Source of the DNA: Alphaproteobacteria bacterium
GTDB taxonomy: Bacteria > Pseudomonadota > Alphaproteobacteria > MPNO01 > UBA830
NCBI GenBank assembly: GCA_965243135.1
Contig: OZ251539.1
Coordinates: forward strand, 4,256,001-4,320,000
Length of the DNA stretch: 64,000 nucleotides
Direction of reading: 5' to 3'
Below are positions 41,844-52,262 of this stretch, one piece after another (position 1 is the first letter of the stretch; each line of letters starts with the position of its first letter). The position numbers were made by a program, and so were the translations under genes. The notes under the pieces were generated by a model, which worked only from the letters and a program-made list of their open reading frames with translations, had not been told where the DNA came from and searched no databases.

Positions 41844-42170
41844 TTGTTCCACCTTTCCTTCGAGAACCTTGTACCGATCCTGTATGAAGTTGTGACGCTC
41901 CACATAACCCGCAGTGACGATGGAGTTCGTAGCCCTTCGCGGCTTGTTTCCTGCTTTGTCGCGCTGCGTCTCCTTGTAGCGTACGACGATCTTGCCCTTT
42001 TTGAGCGGTCCGCACGCCGGGATTGAAAACGTAGAGCAGCGCCTTGCCTCCGTTCCCGCCCTGCCCTCGGTGCCGAGCAGCACCGCCTCGGGGTTCGCCT
42101 CGGGCAGGCAGTCGAAGTCCGCGGCAGTCAGTTTCGTGCCTTTCTCCATCGAGCGTACGGCGAGATGCAC
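41844..42170 (-). pseudogene. Degraded phage MuF C-terminal / PBECR-like nuclease domain
   Basis: LTAADFDCLPEANPEAVLL, ALLYVF (shifted frame), KGKIVVRY, TNSIVTAGYV...RYKVLEGKVE; family recognised from memory only. Confidence 0.45.
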
Positions 42171-42464
42171 CTCGGTTTACCGCAGTTTCCGCTAACTCCT
42201 GCGCCGAGAGTTGACAACGGTGGAATCGAACGGCCTTTCAAGCGGGGGGCGTTGCGTCGAAGAACCGCCGGAACGCGGTCCCTGCGCGAACGGGGCGTCG
42301 GCCCGGTTCGCCTGCGAGCGTGCCTGACGGCGGCTTGCGCTACGGCGTCGCGCGGGAGACCGTTTTTCCGACCTTCCTCGCCCGGACATCCATTTTCCAC
42401 GCTGGCGGCGTTTTTTCGCCCGAACCGCCCTCGCGCCGCCCGTCCCCTGTCGCCTTCGGGGAAG

Positions 42465-42493
42465 AAAAAAGCGGCGCCCAAGGGGCGCCGCTT
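42465..42493 (-). terminator. Rho-independent terminator of pstS
   Basis: Minus strand GCGGCGCCC-CTT-GGGCGCCGC followed by TTTTTT. Confidence 0.8.
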
Positions 42494-42518
42494 CAGAGAT
42501 CGATGCTCGCAAACCAGT

Positions 42519-43559
42519 CTACATGGCGAGCGTGGTGAGACTGACGGCGGACGAGCGGGTCTTCTTGCGCTCGGAGTCGCCAAGCGGAATCAGTCCCTTG
42601 TCGGCGAGATAGCCCTCCGGTCCCCAAGCCTTGTCGGCCGTGAACTCGGAGACGTACTCCTTGATGCCGGGAACGACGCCGACATGCGCGTTCTTGACGT
42701 AGAAATACATCGACCTCGACACCGGATACTTGCCCGACGCGATGGTTTCGAACTCGGGCGCCGTGCCGTCGATCACGCTGCCCTGAATCCTGTCGGCGTT
42801 CGAATCGAGAAAGGAAAAGCCGAACACGCCGAAGGCGTTCGGATTGGCGACGAGCTTCTGGATGATCAGAACGTCGTTTTCGCCCGCCTCGACGAAGGCG
42901 CCGTCCTCGCGAATGCCGTGGCAGACCGCCTTGTACTTCTTCTTGTCGGCTTTCTTCATGGACTTGATCGCCGCGAATTGCTTGCAGCCGCCTTCCATGG
43001 CGAGTTCGACGAAAGCGTCGCGCGTACCGGAGGTCGGAGGCGGACCGAGCACCTCGATCTTCTTGTCGGGCAGAGAAGCGTCGATGTCGCTCCACTTCTT
43101 GTAGGGGTTGGCCTCGAGCGCGGAACCGTCCGCGTTCGCGGGAACGTCCTTGGCCAGCGCGAGGAAGAGCTGCTCGAGCGTCAGCGTCATCTGCGCCGAA
43201 GCCTTGGAATTGGCGACGACGATGCCGTCGTAGCCGATCTTGACTTCCGTGATCTTCGCCACCCCGTTCTTGGCGCAACGCTCGACTTCGGACATCTTGA
43301 TGCGGCGCGACGCGTTCGTGACGTCGGGATGCTGCACCCCGACGCCGGCGCAGAACAGCTTCAGCCCGCCGCCGGAGCCGGTGCTCTCGACGACAGGAGT
43401 CTTGAACTTCGTCGTCTTGCCGAACTGCTCGGCGACCGCGGTCGAAAAAGGAAACACGGTGGACGAACCGACGATGCGGATCTGGTCGCGGGCCTGCGCC
43501 GACGCCGCCATCGCAAGCGATGCGACGGCGGCGACCGCAAGAACTCTCGTGGTGGTCAT
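42519..43559 (-). CDS. pstS: Phosphate ABC transporter substrate-binding protein
   Basis: Signal peptide, IVGSSTVFP, STGSGGG, GPPPTSGTRD. Confidence 0.92.
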   Translation of the reverse strand: MTTTRVLAVAAVASLAMAASAQARDQIRIVGSSTVFPFSTAVAEQFGKTTKFKTPVVESTGSGGGLKLFCAGVGVQHPDVTNASRRIKMSEVERCAKNGVAKITEVKIGYDGIVVANSKASAQMTLTLEQLFLALAKDVPANADGSALEANPYKKWSDIDASLPDKKIEVLGPPPTSGTRDAFVELAMEGGCKQFAAIKSMKKADKKKYKAVCHGIREDGAFVEAGENDVLIIQKLVANPNAFGVFGFSFLDSNADRIQGSVIDGTAPEFETIASGKYPVSRSMYFYVKNAHVGVVPGIKEYVSEFTADKAWGPEGYLADKGLIPLGDSERKKTRSSAVSLTTLAM

Positions 43560-43669
43560 TTTGCCTCCGGATTGGTCATGTCGCGGAAAACGCGAGACAA
43601 GACGCGACATGCCGTCCCGCCTCCGGCCGACGATCGCCGCCGACAGGCACGCAACATACAACCGCAGAC

Positions 43670-43698
43670 AATACGGAAACGTTACGATTCCGTGAACT
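43670..43698 (-). promoter_or_regulatory. Putative Pho box
   Basis: AGTTCAC-ggaa-TCGTAAC-gttt-CCGTATT: 11-bp period with CTGTCAT-like half-sites, upstream of pstS. Confidence 0.55.
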
Positions 43699-43752
43699 TT
43701 TTGTTGCGATCGCCCCCTTGCGACGACGCTTGCCCGGACGTCCCGCCTCCCG

Positions 43753-44769
43753 CTAATTCTTCCAGACGCCTGCCTCCCGGTAGTATTTCACGACGCCCGG
43801 ATGGAACTCCATGTTGCCTTTCTGGGTGGCGTATTCGAGGGTGACCGCGTCCATGTAGGGAGCGCTCTTCCGGATGGCGTCGAGATTCGACCAGAACAGC
43901 TTCGCCATCCTGTACATCGTTTCGTCGTCCATGCTGGCGCGCGCGGTCACGCCGAGAATGGCGTTGTTGACCCAGACGTCGGCCTCGTTGGTCTGATTTT
44001 CGCCGTAGGCGTCCTTACTGATCGCGCCCTTCGTCCTGCCGAGCGGCTTGAAGAAATTTTTCAACGCTTCCGAACCGTCGAGGGCGGCTTCGTTGGGCAG
44101 GCCGAGAAACCGGATTTTGGAGGTCGCGGCCACCTGCTGCAGCTGGGCGCAGGGATCGAGGCAACCGATGGTGTAGACGTCGATCTGGCGATCCTGGAAA
44201 GCCTGCAGGGCCGACGCGAAGTTCAGATTGACGCTCTTGAAGTCCTTCGGCGTGAGTCCGGTGACCGCCTTCACGAAAGCGAGTCCGGTGATCAGCTGGC
44301 CGCCCGAGGGCGGCCCGATGAAGGCGCGCTTGCCCTTGATGTCGGCGAGCGTCTCGATTCCGGAATCGGCGTACACGGTGTAGTGGTAGCCGCCGAGCGG
44401 AAACCAGAACACGGTCCGCAGCTTCTTGGCGAGTTCCTTGACGCCCTTCAGCTTCTTGTAGACCCGGGTGCCGTTCTTCATCCAGTGATAGGGAACCGGC
44501 GCCGTCATCGACATGTCGATCGACTCCCTCGCGACGTCGACCATGTGCTTGGTCGCGGTTCCGGTGGCGTCGACGGTGATTTCGAAGTCGTTCTGGTTCT
44601 GGTTGACCAGATTGGCGAAGGTCGTCATCACAAGGTACATCGACGAGCCGGGGGCGATCGTCGACATCTTGATCTGACGCTTCTGCGCCTGCGCGGAAAC
44701 CGCGACGAAGGCCGCAACCAGGCAGGAAACGGCGATAAGTCCGATGCGTCGAAACATGTTTTTCTCCAT
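43753..44769 (-). CDS. TAXI-family TRAP solute-binding protein
   Basis: Signal peptide, DIKGKR..IGPPSGG, FHPGVVKYYRE. Confidence 0.85.
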   Translation of the reverse strand: MEKNMFRRIGLIAVSCLVAAFVAVSAQAQKRQIKMSTIAPGSSMYLVMTTFANLVNQNQNDFEITVDATGTATKHMVDVARESIDMSMTAPVPYHWMKNGTRVYKKLKGVKELAKKLRTVFWFPLGGYHYTVYADSGIETLADIKGKRAFIGPPSGGQLITGLAFVKAVTGLTPKDFKSVNLNFASALQAFQDRQIDVYTIGCLDPCAQLQQVAATSKIRFLGLPNEAALDGSEALKNFFKPLGRTKGAISKDAYGENQTNEADVWVNNAILGVTARASMDDETMYRMAKLFWSNLDAIRKSAPYMDAVTLEYATQKGNMEFHPGVVKYYREAGVWKN

Positions 44770-44785
44770 TGCTCGTTCGAGTGAA

Positions 44786-46663
44786 TCACGCGCGGGCGAA
44801 CCGGCGCTCCGCCAGAAACAGCCCGGCGACGGCCGCGGCGCTCGCTCCCGCGATCCAGGGGTCGGGAACCAGCACCGCGATGCCGGCGACGAAGCGCGCG
44901 GCGCGCTGGCCCGGGCCGAGCCGCCCCAGCGAATGCGCGCCGAACGCCGTGGCGAGGGCCGCGGTCGATACGAGGAAAACGGCCACGCCCCAGAACAGCC
45001 CGACATAGCTGAAGCCTTGCTCAACCAGCACCACGCTGGGATGGTAGACGAAAATGAAGGGAATGAGAAAACCCGCGACCGCGAGCCTCACCGCGACGAG
45101 GCCGGTTTCTATGGGCTTCGACCCGGCGATGGGCGCGGCCGCGAAAGCCGCGATCGCCACCGGCGGCGTGACGGCCGACAGCACCGCGTAGTAGATGACG
45201 AACAGGTGGGTCAGAAGCAGCGAAAGCCCGAGCTTGCCCAGAGCCGGCCCGATGATCAGCACGATGATCAGATAGGCCGCGCCGACCGGCACCCCCATGC
45301 CGAGCAGAAGGCACCCGGCGGCCATCACCACCAGCGAGAGGAACAGGCTGTCGCCGGCGATCGAAAGAATCATCGCGGCGAACTTGATGCCGAGTCCCGA
45401 CATGTTGACCATGCCGACCACGAAACCGATCGCCGCGACGACGATCATAATCGTCGCGCAGGTGCGCCCGCCGCGGATCAGGGCTCCGAGGATCTTCCGG
45501 AACGACCGGAATTCCGGATAGAGGATCAGCGAGAGGACGAACGCGGCGATCAACCCGAAAAAGCCCGCGTTCTGGGCCGTGCGGCCCGTCATGAGGACCC
45601 AGACGATGACGCCGAGCGGCACGAAAAACGAAATCGAGCGCACCCAGTCGGTCGCGTCGAGCCGAACCCGCTCGGCCCGCGGCGTCGGCTGAAGCCCCTG
45701 TTTCCGCGCTTCGAGCCAGACGACGGAGAACAGGCTGAAATAATACATCAGCGCCGGAATGGCCGCGGCGGCGATGATCGTCAGATAGGAAATTCCGGTG
45801 ATGTCGGCCATCAGGAACGCCACCGCGCCCATGACCGGAGGCATGATCTGACCGCCGGTCGACGCCGTCGCTTCGACCGCCGCGGCGAACTTGGGGCGGA
45901 ACCCGGTTCGCTTGATCATGGGAATGGTGAAGACGCCGGTCGTCACCACGTTGGCGACCGCTGCGCCGTTCATGGTGCCGAAGCTCGCGCTTCCGATGAT
46001 GGCGGCGTGGGCCGGACCGCCGCGCAGCGGACCCGTGACGGAGAAGGCGAACTTCAGAAGCGTGGCGCCCGCGCCCGAGGCTTCCAGCACCGCGCCGAAC
46101 AGGATGAAGACGAGGACGATCTGGCCGACGACGGCCACGGGGCGCCCGAAGACGCCGTCGGTGCTGTACCACAGCTTTTCCGAAATCAGGAACCATTCGA
46201 CCTTGGGAATGTTCAGCGCGCCGGGAATCAGGCTGCCGAAGAAAAGGATCGCGATCGACAACAGGCAAACGAGGAACAGCGGCAAGCCGAAATGCCTGTA
46301 CGTCAGATAGAACACGACGGCGACGCCGGCGAAGCCGACGAGGTAGTCGACGCGCGTGAAGTCGACGAAGAAGTTCAACTGCTCGGCCATCAGGGCGATC
46401 CAGAACTGGTAGATCGCCGCCACGGCCGCGACGAGGCCGGCGTTGAGGCCGATCAATCCCCAGGAGACGTCCTTGCGCTTGACGTCCATGTTTTCGGTCG
46501 AGAAATACGTCAGCGAGATCAGTATCGGCAGCCCGGTCGTGGCGGCGCGCACCCAGATTTCGTCGAACACGCCGAAGCCGGCCACGTAGATGGCGAAGCC
46601 GGCGAGGGCGAGCGACAATGCGTCCGCCGCGAACCGGCTCGACGACAGTACGCGCTCCTTCAT
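44786..46663 (-). CDS. TRAP 4TM/12TM fused permease
   Basis: RGGPAHAA, ANVVTTGVFTIP, EATASTGGQIMPPVMG, TPPVA. Confidence 0.9.
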   Translation of the reverse strand: MKERVLSSSRFAADALSLALAGFAIYVAGFGVFDEIWVRAATTGLPILISLTYFSTENMDVKRKDVSWGLIGLNAGLVAAVAAIYQFWIALMAEQLNFFVDFTRVDYLVGFAGVAVVFYLTYRHFGLPLFLVCLLSIAILFFGSLIPGALNIPKVEWFLISEKLWYSTDGVFGRPVAVVGQIVLVFILFGAVLEASGAGATLLKFAFSVTGPLRGGPAHAAIIGSASFGTMNGAAVANVVTTGVFTIPMIKRTGFRPKFAAAVEATASTGGQIMPPVMGAVAFLMADITGISYLTIIAAAAIPALMYYFSLFSVVWLEARKQGLQPTPRAERVRLDATDWVRSISFFVPLGVIVWVLMTGRTAQNAGFFGLIAAFVLSLILYPEFRSFRKILGALIRGGRTCATIMIVVAAIGFVVGMVNMSGLGIKFAAMILSIAGDSLFLSLVVMAAGCLLLGMGVPVGAAYLIIVLIIGPALGKLGLSLLLTHLFVIYYAVLSAVTPPVAIAAFAAAPIAGSKPIETGLVAVRLAVAGFLIPFIFVYHPSVVLVEQGFSYVGLFWGVAVFLVSTAALATAFGAHSLGRLGPGQRAARFVAGIAVLVPDPWIAGASAAAVAGLFLAERRFARA

Positions 46664-46830
46664 CTACGCGCTCCGCCGGATCCGCGCATCGCCGGGCGCG
46701 GCTCCCTTCCGGAACGCCGGAGCCTTAGGCCGGACAAGCTTCGGCGCTCGTCATGGCGGGCCGGTCGTCCCGGCCGGGCGCGGGTTTCGCCGTCCGCGGC
46801 ACGCGCCGCGTTTCGCGGAAACCGCGCGCA

Positions 46831-47745
46831 TCAGCCGTCCGCCGGCGAAGCGGGGGCGGGCGGTATGTGTTGACCGGCCTCGATCACGCCGCGCCGGATG
46901 TCCCGGGTTCGCCTGAACACCGTTTCGAGCGCCTCCCCGTCGCCGATGCGGATAGCCCGTTGCATGGCCGCGAGATCTTCCCACAAGCGGCCGATCATCT
47001 CAAGCACCGCCTCGCGGTTGGCGAGGAAGATGTCCCGCCACATGACGGGGTCGGATCCCGCGATGCGCGTGAAATCGCGGAACCCGGACGCCGAATACTT
47101 CACGACCTCGGCTCTGACGTGCTCCTCGAGATCGACCGCGGTTCCGACGATGGTGTACGCGATCAGATGAGGCAGATGGGACGTGATCGCCAGAACCTGA
47201 TCGTGATGCGCGGGGTCCAGAAAGTCTATCTGGCTGCCCGCTCTCCGCCACAATTCCGCCACCCTGTCGATGGCCGCCCGATCGGTCCCGGGCAGCGGCG
47301 TGATCAGGAACCAGCGCCCTTCGAACAGCGTGTCGAAACCGGCTTCCGGTCCCGAATGCTCGGTTCCCGCGAGCGGGTGGCCGGGGACGAAATGAACGTC
47401 GGGCGGAAGATGGGGAACGACATCTCCGACGATCGCGGCCTTGACCGAACCGACGTCGGTCACGATGGCCCCCGGCTTCAGGGCCGGCGCGATCGCCGAC
47501 GCGACGGCGGCGTAGGTGGACACCGGCGTGCAGATCATCACCAGGTCCGCGTCGAGCGCCGCTTCCGCCGGGTCCGTCGTGACCTCGTCCGCGATGCCGA
47601 GGGACCGCGCCGCCGCAAGGGTCTTCTCGGTGCGCGCGCAGGCGACGATCGTGCGCGCCAGCGCGTCGCGCCGGATCACGCGCGCGATCGACGATCCGAT
47701 CAGCCCTATTCCGATCAGGGCGACCCGGTCGAACAACGCGCTCAT
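46831..47745 (-). CDS. tyrA: Prephenate/arogenate (cyclohexadienyl) dehydrogenase
   Basis: GIGLIG, DVGSVK, GHPLAGTE, SHLPH, GFRDFTRIA. Confidence 0.9.
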   Translation of the reverse strand: MSALFDRVALIGIGLIGSSIARVIRRDALARTIVACARTEKTLAAARSLGIADEVTTDPAEAALDADLVMICTPVSTYAAVASAIAPALKPGAIVTDVGSVKAAIVGDVVPHLPPDVHFVPGHPLAGTEHSGPEAGFDTLFEGRWFLITPLPGTDRAAIDRVAELWRRAGSQIDFLDPAHHDQVLAITSHLPHLIAYTIVGTAVDLEEHVRAEVVKYSASGFRDFTRIAGSDPVMWRDIFLANREAVLEMIGRLWEDLAAMQRAIRIGDGEALETVFRRTRDIRRGVIEAGQHIPPAPASPADG

Positions 47746-48836
47746 CCAGCGCCCATGAATTCCGCGACCGCGTCCGCCGTCGCCCGCATTTCGTCCTCAA
47801 GGCCGACCGTGATCCGGACGCCATCGGGAATCCCGGCGCCCGCGGCGCTGCGCGCGATTATTCCGCGCGCGCTCAAGAACGCCATCGCGTCCGCAGCCGT
47901 CCGCCCCGGCGTCGCCGGGAAACGGGCGAGCGCGAAGTTTCCCGCGCTTGGAACGACGTCGAGCCCGGTTTCCGACAGCCGATCCGACAGCCAGGGCAAC
48001 CACGCCGTATTGTGATCGCGCGACCGCGTCAGGAATTCGACGTCGTCGACCGCCGCGAGGCCGGCCGCCTGCGCCGCGCTGCAGACGTTGAACGGCGAGC
48101 GGATGCGGTCGAGCACGTCCACGATCCCCTCCGGGCAATAGACCCAGCCGAGCCTCAACCCGCCCAAGGCATAGATCTTGGAGAACGTCCGGGTCATCGC
48201 CACGTTCTCGCCCGCGTCCACCAGATCCACGCCCGGCGAGTAGTCGTTGCGAAGCACGTATTCCGCGTAGGCGGCGTCGATCACCAGCAACACGTCGTCG
48301 GGCAGTTCCGCCCGCAGCCGCGCCATTTCGCCGGCGTCGATCATGGTGCCCGTCGGGTTGTTGGGATTGGCGGCAAGGACGATTCTCGTCCGTTCGGTCA
48401 CCTTCGCCAGAAGGGCGTCGACGGACAGCGTGAAGTCCTTCTCCGGCGCCTTCACCGGCGTCGCTCCCGCCGACATCGCGAGCAGCGGGTACATGACGAA
48501 GGCGTGCTCTCCGAACAGCACCTCGTCTCCGGGCCCGGAATAGGCGCGCACCAGCAGGTTCAGGAGGTCGTCGGAGCCGGCGCCGCACACGATTTTCTCC
48601 GGCCTCAGCCCGTGCCGCACCCCGATCGCGCGCCGCAGTTCCCCGGAATCGCCGTCCGGATAGCGGTGCAGGTCCGCCGCCGCGGCGCGATACGCTTCGA
48701 TCGCCCTGGGGCTGGGTCCCAGAGCCCCTTCGTTCGAGGAGAGCTTGACGAGGCGCGCATCGTTCGGAGCGCGCGAGTCGCCCGGAACGTAAGGCGCGAT
48801 GTCCATGATTCCCGGCTTGGGAACAAGTCCGCTCAT
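47742..48836 (-). CDS. hisC: Histidinol-phosphate aminotransferase
   Basis: KLSSNE, NPNNPTG, DAAYAEY, RTFSKIYALGGLRLG. Confidence 0.93.
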   Translation of the reverse strand: MSGLVPKPGIMDIAPYVPGDSRAPNDARLVKLSSNEGALGPSPRAIEAYRAAAADLHRYPDGDSGELRRAIGVRHGLRPEKIVCGAGSDDLLNLLVRAYSGPGDEVLFGEHAFVMYPLLAMSAGATPVKAPEKDFTLSVDALLAKVTERTRIVLAANPNNPTGTMIDAGEMARLRAELPDDVLLVIDAAYAEYVLRNDYSPGVDLVDAGENVAMTRTFSKIYALGGLRLGWVYCPEGIVDVLDRIRSPFNVCSAAQAAGLAAVDDVEFLTRSRDHNTAWLPWLSDRLSETGLDVVPSAGNFALARFPATPGRTAADAMAFLSARGIIARSAAGAGIPDGVRITVGLEDEMRATADAVAEFMGAG

Positions 48837-49633
48837 CGGTCGACTCCCGTTCTGACCGGCGCAGGGTACGCGCCGAGGCGGACGGCGCCCGCCGCGCGTT
48901 CGACGAAGCGAGAGAGAGAAGCGTCTCCGACGAAGCCTTCGAGCTCGGCGAGAAGGAATCCGCCGGAGCGGGGACGGATCATACGCCGCAACCCGGTTCC
49001 GGCCTTCGCGGCCGCGGCGTCCAGCTCTTCCTCTCCCAGATCCGCGGGGACCGCGACCAGAGTGCGGTCGTCGCCGCTCTCCTCCGGAGCCAGGGAGGCG
49101 ACGCACAGCGCCGCGCCTCCGGGAGAAGCGAACGGCAGCGCCGCGCAGACGGCGGGGCGGTCTTTCCGCATATTCGCGAGAACGGTCCACCAGGGGGAAG
49201 CCTCGCCGTCTTCCGGCGCCGGAAGCACGCCGACCGCGGCGGCCGCGTCCCGGACCGCGGCCAGCACGGTCCGCGGCGATTCGTGAAGCGACAGCGCCGC
49301 GTCCGCGCCGAACCATTCCCGCGCCGCGTCCCGGCAGACCGGATGGCCGTCCGGCACCGCCACCTTGAAGTCTCCCTGCAAGCGCACCATCGCCGACATG
49401 ATCTCGCGCCAGATCCTCGCGACGGCCGATCCGGGAAACGGTCCCTCGTGCCGGCTCAGCAGCCGCCGGAGCACCTGCGCTTCGCGCGCCGGGCGCCAAG
49501 CCGGTCCGGCGCCTTTCGCGCGCCGGATTTCGGCGGCGGTCGCGGCGCGACGCATCAGCAGGTCGTGGATCGCGTCGTCGATCTCGTCGATCCGCCGCCG
49601 CGCCCCGGCAAGCGACGCTTCGTCTCCGGTCAT
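48833..49633 (-). CDS. Chorismate mutase with C-terminal extension
   Basis: RRRIDEIDDAIHDLLMRR...RPAREAQVLRRL; upstream of hisC-tyrA. Confidence 0.82.
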   Translation of the reverse strand: MTGDEASLAGARRRIDEIDDAIHDLLMRRAATAAEIRRAKGAGPAWRPAREAQVLRRLLSRHEGPFPGSAVARIWREIMSAMVRLQGDFKVAVPDGHPVCRDAAREWFGADAALSLHESPRTVLAAVRDAAAAVGVLPAPEDGEASPWWTVLANMRKDRPAVCAALPFASPGGAALCVASLAPEESGDDRTLVAVPADLGEEELDAAAAKAGTGLRRMIRPRSGGFLLAELEGFVGDASLSRFVERAAGAVRLGAYPAPVRTGVDR

Positions 49634-49770
49634 GCTTCCTCCCGCCGCGCGGCGGCCGGCATATCCGTGCCGCAAGGCGTTCCCTTGTAATCGGCCGGCC
49701 GCGGGAAGGCAATGTTGACAGGGCGAAAGGGCCTCCCTAGCTATTCCGCCATGCCTATCCCTATTCTCGC

Positions 49771-50928
49771 ATGGCGGCCGTGAACGGAGAGGGCGCGTCG
49801 GGGAACCGCGTCGAGCTGGCGTGTGCCGCGCCGATGCGCCTGGATTCCGGAGAAGGGATCGGTCCGTTCACGATAGCCTACACGTCGGCCGGACAGCTGA
49901 ACGCCGACCGGTCCAACGCGATCATGGTGTGCCACGCCCTGACCGGCGACCAGTATGTGTGCAACGCCCATCCGATCACCGGCAAGCCAGGCTGGTGGGA
50001 ACGGATGGTCGGCCCCGGCAAGCCGCTCGACACCTCCCGTTATTTCGTCCTCTGCGCCAACGTGCTTGGCGGCTGCATGGGCTCCACCGGGCCGCGCGAC
50101 GTCAATCCGGCGACCGGCCGGCGATGGGATCTCGACTTTCCCGTGATCACCATCGGCGACATGGTGCGCGCCCACACCTTGCTGCTCGACAGTCTCGGCA
50201 TCGAGCAGCTCTTCTGCGTCGTCGGCGGCTCGATGGGAGCGATGCAGGCGCTCGAATGGGCCGCGCGGCATCCGGAACGCGTCTTCTCGGCGATCGTGAT
50301 CGCGGGCGCGGCGCGCCATTCCGCTCAGAACATCGCCTTCCACGAGGTGGGCAGGCAGGCGATCATGGCGGATCCGGAATGGCGCAAGGGCGCCTATCTC
50401 GGCTACGACACGAAACCCAAGGGCGGCCTCGCGGTGGCGCGGATGGCGGCCCACATAACCTATCTTTCGGAAGCCGCGCTCCAGCGCAAGTTCGGCCGCG
50501 CGCTGCAGAGCGGCGACGCGCTCAGCTTCGGCTTCGACGCCGAGTTCCGGGTGGAAAGCTACCTTCGACATCAGGGCAGCAGCTTCGTGGAGCGTTTCGA
50601 CGCCAACTCCTATCTCTACATCACGCGGGCGATGGATTATTTCGATCTCGCCGCCGGCCCCGAGCACGACGGCAAGCTCGCGTCCGTGTTCGAGGGCACC
50701 AGGGTCCGGTTCTGCGTGATCTCGTTCACGAGCGACTGGTTGTTTCCGACCCCGGAAAGCCGGGAGATCGTTCGCGCGTTGAACGCGGTCGCGGCCAACG
50801 TCAGTTTCGTCGAGATAGAGACGGACAAGGGGCACGACGCCTTCCTGCTCGACGAGCCCGAATTCAGCGACACCGTGCGCGGCTTCGCGGAAGGCGCCGC
50901 CGAGCATCGCGGGCTGCCCCCCGGATGA
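49771..50928 (+). CDS. metX: Homoserine O-acetyltransferase
   Basis: CHALTGD, GGSMG, RFDANSY, GHDAFLL. Confidence 0.93.
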   Translation: MAAVNGEGASGNRVELACAAPMRLDSGEGIGPFTIAYTSAGQLNADRSNAIMVCHALTGDQYVCNAHPITGKPGWWERMVGPGKPLDTSRYFVLCANVLGGCMGSTGPRDVNPATGRRWDLDFPVITIGDMVRAHTLLLDSLGIEQLFCVVGGSMGAMQALEWAARHPERVFSAIVIAGAARHSAQNIAFHEVGRQAIMADPEWRKGAYLGYDTKPKGGLAVARMAAHITYLSEAALQRKFGRALQSGDALSFGFDAEFRVESYLRHQGSSFVERFDANSYLYITRAMDYFDLAAGPEHDGKLASVFEGTRVRFCVISFTSDWLFPTPESREIVRALNAVAANVSFVEIETDKGHDAFLLDEPEFSDTVRGFAEGAAEHRGLPPG

Positions 50929-51536
50929 ACGCCGGGATGCGGCGCGATCTCGAGATCATCGCCGGCATGATCGACCACGGCAGCCGCGTTCTCGACGTCG
51001 GCTGCGGAGACGGCGCGCTGCTCGACCATCTCGTCCACCGGAAGAACGTGGACGGGCGCGGCATGGAACTGAGCCAGGCCGGGGTCAACGCCTGCGTCGC
51101 GCACGGGCTGTCCGTCATCCAGGGCGACGCGGACACCGATCTCGCGCACTATCCCGACGACGCGTTCGACTACGCGATTCTGTCCCAGACCCTTCAGGCG
51201 ACCCGCAATCCGCTGGACGTGGTTTCGCACCTGGTCCGCATCGGGCGGCGCGCGGTCGTTTCGTTCACGAATTTCGGACACTGGCGTTTCAGGCTGAGCC
51301 TGCTTCTGAAGGGCCGCATGCCGCAAGTCTGCGACAAGGGTTACGACTGGTTCGACACGCCGAACATCCATCTCTGCACCATCCGGGACTTTGCGGACAT
51401 GTGCGAGGAGCTCGGCCTCGAGGTGAACCGGGCGCTCTCGCTTTCGCGCTCGGGAACCTCGCGAGACCTCAGCAAGATCGGCTGCGGCGCCAATCTGCGA
51501 AGCGAGGAAGCCATTTTTCTACTTGCGCGAAGATAG
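50925..51536 (+). CDS. metW: Methionine biosynthesis protein MetW
   Basis: [25 protein letters not shown]; overlaps the metX stop. Confidence 0.92.
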   Translation: MNAGMRRDLEIIAGMIDHGSRVLDVGCGDGALLDHLVHRKNVDGRGMELSQAGVNACVAHGLSVIQGDADTDLAHYPDDAFDYAILSQTLQATRNPLDVVSHLVRIGRRAVVSFTNFGHWRFRLSLLLKGRMPQVCDKGYDWFDTPNIHLCTIRDFADMCEELGLEVNRALSLSRSGTSRDLSKIGCGANLRSEEAIFLLARR

Positions 51537-51551
51537 GTCCCGTCCGGCGGG

Positions 51552-52262
51552 CTACGCTCCCGCCGGACCGAACGCGCGCACGGCGGCGCGAGCGCCGGCC
51601 GGAGCGCCCGCATAGATCTGCTTTCCGGCTTCGATGAACAGAAGCCCGGCGATCGTCCGGAAACACCGCGCGCCGGCCTTTTCGATCGCCGGCGCCGCGC
51701 CCAAAACCATGCGCGACCGGGTGGGCGGGACGAACAGGCCGGCCAGGGGCCGGCCGGGGACGAACAGGTTGTCGCGCAGCAGGCGGGAAAGTTGCCGCGG
51801 CGTATAGGGATGACCATGTCCGAACGGCGTGTGATCGAGCCGCGCCCAGATGCCACGGCGATTCGGCACGACGATCAGAACCCGCCCGCCGTCGGCGAGG
51901 ACGCGCCACGCTTCGCGCAGAAGCTTGCGCAGCCGTTCCGAGCATTCCACGGCATGAACCAGCAACACGCGATCCATGGACACGTCCGGCAAGGGTAGTT
52001 CGCCCTCGGAAACCAACGCCGCCGCGTTGCCATTCTCGCCCAGCCACCGGGTTACGCCTTGCTGGGCCGGCATGAGAGCGACGACCCTTTCTGCCTCCTC
52101 CACGAAAGGACGCAGATACGGGACCGGATAGCCGATTCCCGCGACATTCATGCCGCGCAGGTCCGGCCAGACGGCGCGGACGTATTGCCGCACGATGCGC
52201 CGCGCCACGCGCCCGGTAGGCGAGGCGTAGAAATCGCGGAGGTCGATCACGTCATTGTACAT
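51552..52262 (-). CDS. Class I SAM-dependent methyltransferase (gloB-associated type)
   Basis: DVIDLRDFY, GIGYPVPYL, VPNRRGIWAR...TPFGHG. Confidence 0.82.
   Translation of the reverse strand: MYNDVIDLRDFYASPTGRVARRIVRQYVRAVWPDLRGMNVAGIGYPVPYLRPFVEEAERVVALMPAQQGVTRWLGENGNAAALVSEGELPLPDVSMDRVLLVHAVECSERLRKLLREAWRVLADGGRVLIVVPNRRGIWARLDHTPFGHGHPYTPRQLSRLLRDNLFVPGRPLAGLFVPPTRSRMVLGAAPAIEKAGARCFRTIAGLLFIEAGKQIYAGAPAGARAAVRAFGPAGA

Noticed and set aside
49634-49770. SAM-II riboswitch upstream of metX
   Set aside because: Consensus elements not found; only a TTGACA promoter-like site at 49715
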